Shown here one piece after another: positions 10,246-19,457 of a stretch of DNA of 35,341 bases; position 1 is the stretch's first letter, and each line of letters opens with the position of its first letter. The position numbers were made by a program, and so were the translations under genes. The notes below the pieces were generated by a model. The model ran no database searches and had not been told where the DNA came from. It saw only the letters and a list, made by a program, of their open reading frames with translations. The stretch lies in the NCBI GenBank assembly GCA_007124395.1, contig SLFF01000304.1, forward strand, positions 1 to 35,341. The letters are read 5' to 3'. This DNA is from Thermomicrobiaceae bacterium. GTDB lineage: Bacteria > Chloroflexota > Chloroflexia > Thermomicrobiales > Thermomicrobiaceae.

Positions 10246-10280
10246 GAGTTCGATCTTTCGTAGCTCGCCGATGAGCGACT

Positions 10281-10323
10281 AAAAGAAATACAGAGGGGCA
10301 GCCGCTCGAAGCGCTGCCCCCTC
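10281..10323 (-). terminator. Rho-independent terminator after the P450 gene
   Basis: GGGGCAGCCGC / GCGCTGCCCC stem (10295-10320, about 10 bp with one bulge, loop TCGAA). It is followed on the minus strand by TGTATTTCTTTT. Confidence 0.7.
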
Positions 10324-10351
10324 GGGAAGTATAGCAAAATCGGTCCGGGCG

Positions 10352-11626
10352 TCAGTGCTGCGGCGCAAGCCGCAAATTGCTGGTCCTGACGTTCTGGATG
10401 ATGAACCGGCTGTTCGGAGCAGTGGGCATCTGTGACAGATCGATTTCCAGGTCCTGTTCCGGAATATCGTAGTCCATATCGGAGACGAGTTTCCGGACTG
10501 CGACCTTCATCAGATCGATCGTAATCCACTCTCCCGGACACCGATGATTGCGGTAGTGGTCGCCACCTCCCTGGGGGATCAGGTTGTAGGCACTCTCATC
10601 CCATTCCTGGAATCGCTCTGGACGAAACTCATCCGGATCCTTCCAGGACCGGGGATCGCGGTTGGTTCCGTGCAGATCGAGCATGACTTTGCGTCCTTTC
10701 GGAAACGTGAAGCCGCGCCACTGGAATTCCTTGCGGACCCTCGCCATCTGGAAGGGAAAGAATGGATAGAATCGACGGACTTCCTGAACGAAGTGCTCGA
10801 TCTCGTCATCGCCAGCAGCCTTCAGCTTCCGGCGCATCTCGGGATGTTCATGAAGGGCCAGGGCGGCAAAGACGATGAATCGTCCAATTGCCACAGTTGG
10901 ACGCAGAATGTTGAGAAGGTCGACCGCGGCATGGCCTTTATCCATCAACCTCCCTTTGAGATCCCGATGATTGGCAATGATGTAGAGCGCGGTACCTTCT
11001 GGAACCTGGCGTTTCTTTTTTCTGACGTCTTCGATGATGTCGCTGATCCATTTTTCGGTCCGGTCTCGGGCGCTCCGACCTCGCCAGTGATCCCTGCCGA
11101 CTGCTCCCGCGCCTTCAATCATCGCTGCGATATCGGCCGTTCGCTCTTCCACGTCGGCTTCCTCGAGCGGGACTCCGGTCCACTCGAACACTGCCCGTGC
11201 AATGACTTTCTCCGCCTCATCGAGAAGGACGATGTCGTCGCGCATCGTCTCCCACTTGATGGCAGCGTCATCCCAGTGCCGGGACATAGCATTCTTCATG
11301 TCTTTGAGGCGCGCCGGGGTCATCATCGACATGAACATCTGTTTGCGCCAGCGGTGCGCTTCGTCGTCGAGCCCCTGCACTCCTCCTTCACCGAGAAGTG
11401 TCTTGTTGACCCGGCCAGGGGTTACGCCTTTCCGCTCGAAGAGTTCTTCATCGTAGAATAGCTTCGATGCTTCTTCTCCACTTATGCAGATGACCTTGCG
11501 GAGCATCAGTCGAGTTTCGAAGATGTCTGACTGAAGTTCTCTCTGACGTTTCCTGACGAACTGATACCCATCCGATGCGAGTGAAAGCGTGTTGTCGAAT
11601 CCGGAATCCTGCGGGATCTGAGCCAC
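10352..11626 (-). CDS. Cytochrome P450, CYP152-type fatty-acid peroxygenase
   Basis: Heme-thiolate NHRCPGEWIT and I-helix NILRPTVAI (Arg-Pro replaces the acid-alcohol pair). Overall co-linear with P450 BS-beta/OleT as I remember them. GTG start with AGGAG 7 nt upstream. Confidence 0.85.
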   Translation of the reverse strand: MAQIPQDSGFDNTLSLASDGYQFVRKRQRELQSDIFETRLMLRKVICISGEEASKLFYDEELFERKGVTPGRVNKTLLGEGGVQGLDDEAHRWRKQMFMSMMTPARLKDMKNAMSRHWDDAAIKWETMRDDIVLLDEAEKVIARAVFEWTGVPLEEADVEERTADIAAMIEGAGAVGRDHWRGRSARDRTEKWISDIIEDVRKKKRQVPEGTALYIIANHRDLKGRLMDKGHAAVDLLNILRPTVAIGRFIVFAALALHEHPEMRRKLKAAGDDEIEHFVQEVRRFYPFFPFQMARVRKEFQWRGFTFPKGRKVMLDLHGTNRDPRSWKDPDEFRPERFQEWDESAYNLIPQGGGDHYRNHRCPGEWITIDLMKVAVRKLVSDMDYDIPEQDLEIDLSQMPTAPNSRFIIQNVRTSNLRLAPQH

Positions 11627-11892
11627 GGAACGCTCCTTTCAACCTGGACGGCGAAATACATAGCCGGAACGGACGTGTTGGTAGTCGGTCTCGCGCTAAA
11701 AGTGTGCCAGCGAAAATCAATTCGGTTGTCGGTTTTCCGTATCGTGCACTTGCATAGGGGCACCTGCGGCGGGAACTCCTCGTCGTTTCGGATGGATGAT
11801 CTTGTACGGCAAAGAGAGGCCTCGTATCTGGCCACCGGGAACTCGGGTAGAATCCCGGATAGCGTGGTTTATCAAACTGGAAAGGGTCCCGA

Positions 11893-13152
11893 GTGAACGA
11901 GCAGGAACAGAAAGCATTCGACCTCGTTGAGGCGAACGAAGCGAAACTTCTCGAGCGATACAAAACGGTGATCGGGGTCGATACCTCTGTGCCACCGGGA
12001 GATACCTACGAGGAACTCATCGACAAGCTGGAGCCGGAATTTCAGCGCCTCGGATTCAAGACCGAGCGGGTGACGATCCCTGAATCGGAGTACGCTCACA
12101 TCCCCTTGCCGTTGAAGGGACCCCGCACGAATCTGGTGGCAACACGATCAACCGGCAAGGAGCCGATTACGATCTATGCCCATATGGACGTGGTTCCGGT
12201 CGAAGAAGCCTGGACCGAGGAGCCGTTCGGGGCTGAAGTCAAGGACGGCAAGATCTACGGACGTGGCACCGCGGACATGAAAGGTGCGATTGCCTCGGTA
12301 CTGACCGCGGTGGAGTGCATGGACGAAGCCGGTGTGGAGCCGAACTTCGACTTGATCGTCTGCCTGTGTACCGACGAAGAGATCGGTGGCTACCCGGGTA
12401 TCGAATATCTGGCGAAGCAGGGGTATGTAAAGGGCCACATGCTCTGTCTTGAAGGTGGTCAGGATCCGATGACCTGGCTCGGATCGGCCGGAAGCGTCGA
12501 TGTCACGATCACGGTCACTGGCGAAAGCTGCCATTCCGGGATGAACTACCTCGGTATCAACGCGATCGACGCCATGATCCCGGTGTTGAACGAGCTGTAC
12601 GAGCTGAAGAAAGAGGTCGAGGTTCGAGAGTCTGAATTGCCAGGATCATCGCATCCAAAGGCCCGCTCCTCGAAGATGACCCCGATGTTCAACTTCGCGA
12701 TCATCAACGGGGGTGTGAAATCGAACATCGTCCCGGCCACCTCCACACTGTTGATCAACCGGCGATTCATTCCTGAAGAAACTTACGAGCAGGTGACGCA
12801 GGAGATCCAGGATGCCGTCGATCGCGCCAAAGAGAAAAGCCCGGCCAGAGCGATCGATGTCAGCTTCTACGACGTCTATCCGGCGATGAAGCTGGATCCG
12901 AACGGTCCCCGTATGGCCAAGATGAAGGAGTCTGTGCAACTGGTGCAGGGCTACTCCGATGAGGAGTGGAAGGCATTCGCGGTTGCCGGATCTACGGACA
13001 TGGCAAACGTTCAGCAGGTCATGGGCTGGACCGATATTCCGTTCCGGGGACCGGGCCGGATGACCAGCCGGGCGCATGGAGCTGACGAGCACGTCTACGT
13101 GGAGGATGCCAAGGCCCACGTGAAAGAGTTGATTCACTATCTCGCGTTCTAG
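11893..13152 (+). CDS. M20-family metallopeptidase (ArgE/DapE/CPG2-like deacylase)
   Basis: YAHMDVVP...GRGTADMKG...DEEIGG metal-ligand motifs. GTG start. Confidence 0.85.
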   Translation: MNEQEQKAFDLVEANEAKLLERYKTVIGVDTSVPPGDTYEELIDKLEPEFQRLGFKTERVTIPESEYAHIPLPLKGPRTNLVATRSTGKEPITIYAHMDVVPVEEAWTEEPFGAEVKDGKIYGRGTADMKGAIASVLTAVECMDEAGVEPNFDLIVCLCTDEEIGGYPGIEYLAKQGYVKGHMLCLEGGQDPMTWLGSAGSVDVTITVTGESCHSGMNYLGINAIDAMIPVLNELYELKKEVEVRESELPGSSHPKARSSKMTPMFNFAIINGGVKSNIVPATSTLLINRRFIPEETYEQVTQEIQDAVDRAKEKSPARAIDVSFYDVYPAMKLDPNGPRMAKMKESVQLVQGYSDEEWKAFAVAGSTDMANVQQVMGWTDIPFRGPGRMTSRAHGADEHVYVEDAKAHVKELIHYLAF

Positions 13153-13274
13153 GTGTTGTACGGGGCAAGTGAACGATTGTTGAAATCCGCGTATTTTGAC
13201 GAGCCAGATCCACTGGGGTCTGGCCTCGTCTTCACGATCTGTGTTGCACGAACGCGATACGACAGAGGGGACCG

Positions 13275-13880
13275 GTGGTGAGTAAGGAGCAATCCGGCGA
13301 TGTGATTCTTGCCGGTGAGAAGGTCTATCTCGGGCAGGTTCGTCGGGATCTGGCCCCGGTGTATCGCCGGTGGCTGAACGATCTTCAGGTCTCTCGAACG
13401 CTGGGGGTGATCAACTATCAGGGGTTGCCGCTGACGGATGAAGACGAGTTCGACTGGTTCGATGCCGTCCGCGCTGACAAGGGTGAAGCTGTCTTCGGGA
13501 TCTATGAACGTGAGACCGGCCGACCGGTTGGAAACGGCGGACTGTCTGAGACCCGGCTTCCCAACCGGTCGGCAGAGTTCGGTATCGCGATTGGCGAACG
13601 AGACGCACACGGACAGGGATACGGCACCGAGGCGACCCGCCTGATCCTCGACTACGGATTCAACGTTCTGGGCCTGCATCATATCTGGCTGAAGTGTGTC
13701 GAATTCAACCATGCCGGTATTCGGGCGTATGAAAAAGCCGGATTCCAGCAGGCAGGGCGATTGCGTGAGGCCTGGCAACTCGGCGGCAAGCAGTATGATG
13801 TGCTCCTGATGGACGTCCTGGCTCGCGACTTCGAGAGTCCGGTCGTGAAGGATCTGCTCGATATACCCGGAGACGAATGA
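13275..13880 (+). CDS. GNAT N-acetyltransferase (RimJ/RimL-like)
   Basis: AEFGIAIGERDAHGQGYGTEATRLILDYGF...NHAGIRAYEKAGF acetyl-CoA binding core. Confidence 0.85.
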   Translation: MVSKEQSGDVILAGEKVYLGQVRRDLAPVYRRWLNDLQVSRTLGVINYQGLPLTDEDEFDWFDAVRADKGEAVFGIYERETGRPVGNGGLSETRLPNRSAEFGIAIGERDAHGQGYGTEATRLILDYGFNVLGLHHIWLKCVEFNHAGIRAYEKAGFQQAGRLREAWQLGGKQYDVLLMDVLARDFESPVVKDLLDIPGDE

Positions 13881-13902
13881 CCGGCAACAGGGGGAGCGCG
13901 AT

Positions 13903-14646
13903 ATGGCAGAGGCTACTGGCTGGATGGAAGACGATTCGCAGAAGTTCATCGAGCTGGGAGATCTGGTGGTTCCATCCCGGTACGAACAAGCACGCCTGAT
14001 CTGTGATCTGATCCCTGCATCTCCCGGAGACCATTTCATGGGCGTCGATATTGGCTGCGGTGAGGGGTTGCTCTCGAAGACGATTCTGGAGCGGTTCCCC
14101 GAAGCGCAAATGACGTTACTGGATGGCTCTGAAGCGATGCTTACCCGAGCGGCCGAGAACCTCGGTGAGTATGCCTATCAGATCGATCTTCGTCAGTTCG
14201 ACCTGAAGCAGACGGACTGGCTGGATGAGCTTCCACGCCGGTTCCGGTGCATCGTGTCATCACTGGCGATTCATCATCTCGACGATGCGGGCAAACAGGC
14301 TCTGTATCAGGCGCTGTTCGATCATCTTGCCCCTGGCGGCGTGATGCTGATCGCTGATCTGGTGCATCCGCCGAACGAGCAGATCGCTGAAGCATGGGCC
14401 AATGAATGGGATCGGGATGTGCGGGAGCAGTCGCTGGCTCGCACGGGGTCTCTGCACGCCTTCGACCAGTTCCAGAATGGCTGGAATCACTATCGCACGC
14501 CGGACGTCGAGTTCGATAAGCCGTCACTGCTGCTGGATCAACTGCAGTGGCTGGAAGAGATCGGGTTCAGCGGGGTCGGATGTTTCTGGCTCCGGGCAGG
14601 ACATGCGGTGTTCGGAGGATACCGGCCACCTACTAATCGCGATTGA
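13903..14646 (+). CDS. Class I SAM-dependent methyltransferase
   Basis: Motif I GVDIGCGEGLLS, then LLDGSEAML and GGVMLIADL. Confidence 0.8.
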   Translation: MAEATGWMEDDSQKFIELGDLVVPSRYEQARLICDLIPASPGDHFMGVDIGCGEGLLSKTILERFPEAQMTLLDGSEAMLTRAAENLGEYAYQIDLRQFDLKQTDWLDELPRRFRCIVSSLAIHHLDDAGKQALYQALFDHLAPGGVMLIADLVHPPNEQIAEAWANEWDRDVREQSLARTGSLHAFDQFQNGWNHYRTPDVEFDKPSLLLDQLQWLEEIGFSGVGCFWLRAGHAVFGGYRPPTNRD

Positions 14647-15082
14647 CGCGCTTATTGAGCTGTCGTAACGTCTCCGACCAGCGCGTTTGCGGTAGTTCGG
14701 TATTGAGCTCGATCAGATTGCCGTCTGGATCACGAAGATGGGCCGACCGTATTCCGTGATCCGGCTGATCAGTCGGCGGGTTGACCAGTGTTGCTCCGTG
14801 TTCAATGAGCCGGTTGGCCCGGAAGTCGACGTCATCTACGATGATGATCATCATGACCGGATCCTGTCCCGATCGTTCCGACGGCTGATCGGACGTGCCG
14901 ACCATCTCCGCCATCCGCTGACGAGAGAAGATCGCCAGATCGACTCCGGCGCCGGTATCTAGATCGGCATAGACACCATCCTCATCTCCCCATCGAACCC
15001 GAAACTCCAGCGCATCCCGGTAGAACCGGAACAGCTCCGGAAACTGACGGGTAAGCAGGCGGATATGGCTGAGGCGCATCAT
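14633..15082 (-). CDS. VOC-family (glyoxalase/bleomycin-resistance/dioxygenase fold) protein
   Basis: LSHIRLLTRQFPELFRFYRDALEF...HLRDPDGNLIEL. Begins 13 nt after the 591-aa gene, so the two are probably co-transcribed. Confidence 0.75.
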   Translation of the reverse strand: MMRLSHIRLLTRQFPELFRFYRDALEFRVRWGDEDGVYADLDTGAGVDLAIFSRQRMAEMVGTSDQPSERSGQDPVMMIIIVDDVDFRANRLIEHGATLVNPPTDQPDHGIRSAHLRDPDGNLIELNTELPQTRWSETLRQLNKRVNRD

Positions 15083-15095
15083 GGCTGGCTTCCGA

Positions 15096-16871
15096 TCACG
15101 TGTCTCGCGATAGCACTCCGGTCAGTTCGAAGATGCGCTGAAGGATGAGCAGGGTCGATGCGTAGGTGGAATCCATCCCGTAGTAGGACAGTCCGCGGGC
15201 ACCCAGCGTCTGCGCCCGGGTATACGGGGTATCCGATGCGTAGTGGATGATCCCGAGATCGAACGGCAACTCGACCAGATTGACGTTCTCGTTGTGGCCA
15301 AATCGGGTCAGGAATGTATCTTCGAAAATCGCGCTGAGGTATGGTCCTGCTTCCATCTCGACAACGGTGAAGTTCTCCCGGTAGAAGAAGTCGAGATACT
15401 CCCGGTTCTGGAGATAGGTGCCGAGTACGGTCACTGCGCGCTGGTGGTCGAGTGCTGATCCGTAGACCAGAAACGGCGAGAAATCTTCCGAGGCGAAGAT
15501 GTTCTGGAACCAGTAGGTATTGCCGCTGTGCTCATCGTAGACCACGTCCGAGAGCATCACATCACCGATGCGGGCGTTGAGGGTGGCCGCTTTGCCCAGG
15601 ATGTAGATGCCTTTGAGTTGATGGGTGTTGATCGCGATCTGGTTGAGTATGTGATAGGCGCTCATGCCCAGCGGGTAGTTGATGTTGACGATGACAGCAT
15701 CGCTCTGCGATGGATCGATTGTGCCGAGTGCGGCCAGCCGTGGATCGAAACCGTCAGGCGACAGTTTGTTGACCTCGATTATCTGGACGTCGGCATCGAG
15801 GACACTGCCCGGGTCGATCGAGGCGATCCCTACGGTTTCTTCCTCGTCGTTCCGCGCCCGGCGCTGTTCTGGGTGATCGTGGAAGAACTGACGGGCGCTG
15901 AAGTAGAGAAAGTTGTCCCAGCTGCTGCGGGTATCGCCAGAGCGCAGCTTCTCCAGCTCTTCGATCAGCTCTGGATCCTGTGTCTCTTCCACGTACTGGA
16001 CCAACTGATCCCGACGGCGTCGTGCGGTGCCAGACAGAGTATTGACGATACTGTGCGTGTTCGAGGAGACGAAATAGAGTGGGCGTTCGTCCAGTGCATT
16101 CTCTCGCAGGAATCGCTCGATCGGCCTCCACCAGGATCGAGTGCTCCGGGTGTAGCCAGCATACGTTCCGCCGTGCATCTGGATCGTTAGCCGCTTTCGC
16201 TCCCGGGCGATGCAGCGGATGGTGTCGGCGAATTCGCTGCCCCAGGCGGTTTTCAATCGATCCCAGTCTCGATCGGTCATCCCCAGCGCGTCCCGGATCG
16301 CGGGTTCCTCGTCTTCGGTGATGTCCCGGTCTTCGACCATTTCCGTCAGATCGGGCGACTCCTGGAAGATCGTGTGCATCTTGTTCCACTCGACTTGCCA
16401 GGCGACGATGGTGGGGAGCAGATCATCGAGGTCCGAGGTCGAGGCAACGTAGACCGCCAGGGTCCCTTCACCGTTGTCGTACCAGCGACGCCGTCGGCCG
16501 GGTGCCGTGACCGGCTCCCAGTTCTCGAGATCGTCGTACCCATGTCTGGCGAAGACATACGGAGACTGTCCGAGCGCGATGTGGCGGGTGTGAACGATCG
16601 AGCAAGGCAACCGCATGGTGCTGTACATGAACGCGTTCATGTCCGGAATCGGTTCCGCAGCTCCAGCGTGGAGGGATGATTCGATATTCAGATGTGCCGG
16701 GACGAGTGTCTCGATCTTGATCGGGCCGGTACTGCGCAACAACGTGTTGTAAGTGCGAACGTAGAGGTCTACCTCACGCTTTCCGGCAAGGTTCGGCTCA
16801 GTTTGAGGCCGTCCATGACGCGACACCTCGGATTCGATCGATGAATCGTGGCGGAGTTCGGAAGAACGCAC
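15096..16871 (-). CDS. Uncharacterised 591-aa protein: unassigned N-terminal region of about 390 aa plus a C-terminal AMP-nucleosidase/PNP-UDP phosphorylase-like domain
   Basis: The C-terminus reads AVIVNINYPLGMSAY...GIYILGKAATLNARIGDVMLSDVVYDEH...TVVEMEAGPYLSAI...GIIHYASDTPY. This follows the order of conserved blocks in AMP nucleosidase and MTA nucleosidase. GTG start 16871 with AGGAGGTGA 4 nt upstream, and TATAAT on the minus strand at 16916-16911. Confidence 0.6.
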   Translation of the reverse strand: MRSSELRHDSSIESEVSRHGRPQTEPNLAGKREVDLYVRTYNTLLRSTGPIKIETLVPAHLNIESSLHAGAAEPIPDMNAFMYSTMRLPCSIVHTRHIALGQSPYVFARHGYDDLENWEPVTAPGRRRRWYDNGEGTLAVYVASTSDLDDLLPTIVAWQVEWNKMHTIFQESPDLTEMVEDRDITEDEEPAIRDALGMTDRDWDRLKTAWGSEFADTIRCIARERKRLTIQMHGGTYAGYTRSTRSWWRPIERFLRENALDERPLYFVSSNTHSIVNTLSGTARRRRDQLVQYVEETQDPELIEELEKLRSGDTRSSWDNFLYFSARQFFHDHPEQRRARNDEEETVGIASIDPGSVLDADVQIIEVNKLSPDGFDPRLAALGTIDPSQSDAVIVNINYPLGMSAYHILNQIAINTHQLKGIYILGKAATLNARIGDVMLSDVVYDEHSGNTYWFQNIFASEDFSPFLVYGSALDHQRAVTVLGTYLQNREYLDFFYRENFTVVEMEAGPYLSAIFEDTFLTRFGHNENVNLVELPFDLGIIHYASDTPYTRAQTLGARGLSYYGMDSTYASTLLILQRIFELTGVLSRDT

Positions 16872-16933
16872 GCGGTCACCTCCTGTCGATCGGCTATGCG
16901 AATTCCGGGCATTATACCGATGATGGGAGGTGA

Positions 16934-17188
16934 CTAGGGCTGCTGGCGGCGACGGTTTCGACGAAAGACCTCATCCTGCACCACAATGAGCACTCCGGCA
17001 GTCCCGAGAAAGAGGAAGACGAAGCCGGACCAGGTGAAGGATGCGGCAATGCCGCTACCGAATCCACCGGCGGCCAGCAGTGCCATCGACCAGCCGATTC
17101 CGGCTGCGATCCGCCCGATCTTGATGTAGCGACCGAGGACGATGATCACGCAGAACAGGGTGATGCCGAGGACGCTCCAGAGAAGCAT
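16934..17188 (-). CDS. Small (84 aa) integral membrane protein with three predicted TM helices and an Arg-rich tail
   Basis: MLLWSVLGITLFCVIIVLG...IAAGIGWSMALLAAGGFG...WSGFVFLFLGTAGVLIVV...RRNRRRQQP. ATG 17188 lies 4 nt after the kinase stop. The ORF is open to 17248 but that part overlaps the kinase. Confidence 0.55.
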   Translation of the reverse strand: MLLWSVLGITLFCVIIVLGRYIKIGRIAAGIGWSMALLAAGGFGSGIAASFTWSGFVFLFLGTAGVLIVVQDEVFRRNRRRQQP

Positions 17189-17192
17189 CCAG

Positions 17193-18671
17193 CTACTCTC
17201 CAGCCGGTGACTGGCGAGTCGTGAGCATCGGAGTGCTCGGGTCATCACGTTCAGTCTGGACGCGCTCGGGCAGTGCCAGCGGCAGGCGGATCGTCATCCG
17301 GGTACCGGCATGTGGCTGGCTGTACGCACTGATGTGACCAGCGTGGCAGTCGGCGATCCACTTGGCGATCGCCAGGCCGAGCCCGGCGCCGGTGGTTCCG
17401 CCGTTTCGCGCCTCATTACCGCGATAGAACCGGTCAAAGATCCGGGTGACCTGCTCGTCGGTCATCCCTGGCCCTTCGTCGATCACGTCGATCCGGGCAA
17501 ATCCGCCTTCAGCGCTTGTTCGCAGCATGATCGTCATGCCGGCCGGCGTGTAGGCGAAGGCGTTGTCCAGCAGGATCAGGAGGAGCTGGCGCAGCTGATC
17601 CGGATCGCCATAGATTTCGAGGTCCTCACCGAGATCGGTATGAAACAGGTGGTCGGTCGCCAGTGGGGTTGCCACTCTGGCGGCATCCCGGACAACTTTT
17701 TCGAGCGTAATCAGTTGCATATCCGGTCGCCAGCCGACATCGGCGCGGGCCAAGGTGAGTAGATGCTCGACGAGACGCCCCATACGCTCGGCTTCATCGC
17801 GGATGTCGCCCAATCCTTCACGCATGTCTTCCCGGTTCATCCGGTCGCTATCGAGCTGCCGGAGCAGGATCTCGGCGTTGCCACGGAGCGCGGTGAGCGG
17901 GGTCCGCAGTTCGTGTGATGCGTCGCCCACGAAACGCCGCTCGGCATTGAAGGCAGCATCCAGCCTGGCAAGCATATGGTTGAACGTCTCGGCCAGTTGC
18001 TGGATCTCGTCGTTGGTGGCAGGCGTCCGGATCTGATGCTTCAGTTCCCCGGACTGTCCGACCGAGCGAACGGCTTCGGTAATGTGCGTCAGTGGGCGGA
18101 GTGACTGGCCGGTCAACAGATAGGAGCCGATGGCGGTCGTCGTCAAGCCGATGAGGAATCCGCTGAAGAGGAACAACTGAAGCTGCTCCAGTGCCTGCTC
18201 CATCGGGCGGAGTGATTCAAACGCCTGAACGGTGCCGAACAGGACACCTTCTTCGCTCTTGAGCGGGGCGCTGATCACCCGGACATCGCTGCCGGACAGC
18301 GTCGTCGTGAAGTAGACGGCATCGCCCTCGAGATTCGACTGGACGACGGATTCGGGGATTTCGAGAAAAAGTTCGTACTCGTCGGATCTGCTCTGAGTTT
18401 CGCCGGCGGCGTTGGCTACGTGGAGATGCAGCCCGGGATAGATAAACGGATCGAGGTTGGCAGGAGCCCGGAGCACTGGCTGGCCCCCGACACCGATAGC
18501 CGGATCGATCTGAGACTGTTCCCGGTAGTTGTCGGCCACGGTGATAAGACGGCGATCAACCTCGGCCTCGAGTGATCGCGTCAGCATCTGATAGACGCCG
18601 AGACTCACAGAGACGAGGACTACCGCCATGAGCATTGTCGAAAGAAGGACGATTCTGGCACGAATGGACAT
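17193..18671 (-). CDS. Membrane sensor histidine kinase (2 TM, periplasmic loop, HAMP, HisKA, HATPase)
   Basis: TM MLMAVVLVSVSLGVY and LFLFSGFLIGLTTTAIGSYLL, H-box ASHELRTPLTAL, LLDNAFAYTP, DEGPGM and GAGLGLAIA. Confidence 0.9.
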   Translation of the reverse strand: MSIRARIVLLSTMLMAVVLVSVSLGVYQMLTRSLEAEVDRRLITVADNYREQSQIDPAIGVGGQPVLRAPANLDPFIYPGLHLHVANAAGETQSRSDEYELFLEIPESVVQSNLEGDAVYFTTTLSGSDVRVISAPLKSEEGVLFGTVQAFESLRPMEQALEQLQLFLFSGFLIGLTTTAIGSYLLTGQSLRPLTHITEAVRSVGQSGELKHQIRTPATNDEIQQLAETFNHMLARLDAAFNAERRFVGDASHELRTPLTALRGNAEILLRQLDSDRMNREDMREGLGDIRDEAERMGRLVEHLLTLARADVGWRPDMQLITLEKVVRDAARVATPLATDHLFHTDLGEDLEIYGDPDQLRQLLLILLDNAFAYTPAGMTIMLRTSAEGGFARIDVIDEGPGMTDEQVTRIFDRFYRGNEARNGGTTGAGLGLAIAKWIADCHAGHISAYSQPHAGTRMTIRLPLALPERVQTERDDPSTPMLTTRQSPAGE

Positions 18672-18719
18672 GATCAGGAATGCTCACAACATGAGAGTCC
18701 GTGAAGTGCGGACTCCGGT

Positions 18720-19436
18720 TCAGGACGATTGCTCACGTAAGGCATACCCTACACCGCGGACTGTTTGCAAGAGCCGGATTTCTCCTTCGGCTTCCAGTCG
18801 GCGGCGGAGGTTGCTGATCGTCACCTCGAGTACGTTCGATTCGCCGGGAAAATCGTCACCCCATATACGTTCCATGATCAACTCGCGTGTCATCACCTGT
18901 TGTGGATGTCGCAGAAACAGGAGAAGAAGATCGAACTCCCGGGCGGTCAGCTCGATCTGACGCTCTCCGCGATAGGCGTACCGGGTGGTGGTGTCCAGCC
19001 GGAGGTCGGAAAAGGTAAACGAGTCAGGCGTCTCTTCCTCGCGCTGCTCGCCACGGGAATCTTTGCGTCTCAAAAGGGCACGCAAGCGAGCCAGCAATTC
19101 CTCGAAGGCGAACGGCTTGGCCATATAGTCATCCGCACCGGCATCGAGGCCCGCCACCCGGTCAGCAACTTCATCTCTGGCGGTCAGCATGAGAATTGGC
19201 ACCTGATCACCAGCTTCACGAATCCGCCGGCAGACCTCGACGCCGTCCACCTCGCCGGGCAGCATTATGTCCAGCACGATCAGGTCGACCTCGGTGTCTC
19301 GCGTGATCTGGAGCGCTTCGGCTCCTGAATCGGTCACCCGGACGTCGTAGCCTTCGAACACGAGGCCACGCCGGAGGAACGATGCGATCGATCGCTCATC
19401 TTCGACGATCAGAATGTTCGCGTCGGGCTCACTCAT
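18720..19436 (-). CDS. OmpR/PhoB-family response regulator
   Basis: NILIVEDE...[11 protein letters not shown]...MLTAR...ADDYMAKPF, and winged helix [16 protein letters not shown]...VRGVGYAL. Confidence 0.92.
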   Translation of the reverse strand: MSEPDANILIVEDERSIASFLRRGLVFEGYDVRVTDSGAEALQITRDTEVDLIVLDIMLPGEVDGVEVCRRIREAGDQVPILMLTARDEVADRVAGLDAGADDYMAKPFAFEELLARLRALLRRKDSRGEQREEETPDSFTFSDLRLDTTTRYAYRGERQIELTAREFDLLLLFLRHPQQVMTRELIMERIWGDDFPGESNVLEVTISNLRRRLEAEGEIRLLQTVRGVGYALREQSS

Positions 19437-19457
19437 TGATTATTCCGGTCTCTCACT

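Noticed and set aside
16886-16923. Possible operator palindrome over the TATAAT of the 591-aa gene (ATCGG ... CCGAT around GAATTC)
   Set aside because: Only 5 bp are a perfect inverted repeat. The longer arms need indels and are not centred on the GAATTC, which is too weak to call.
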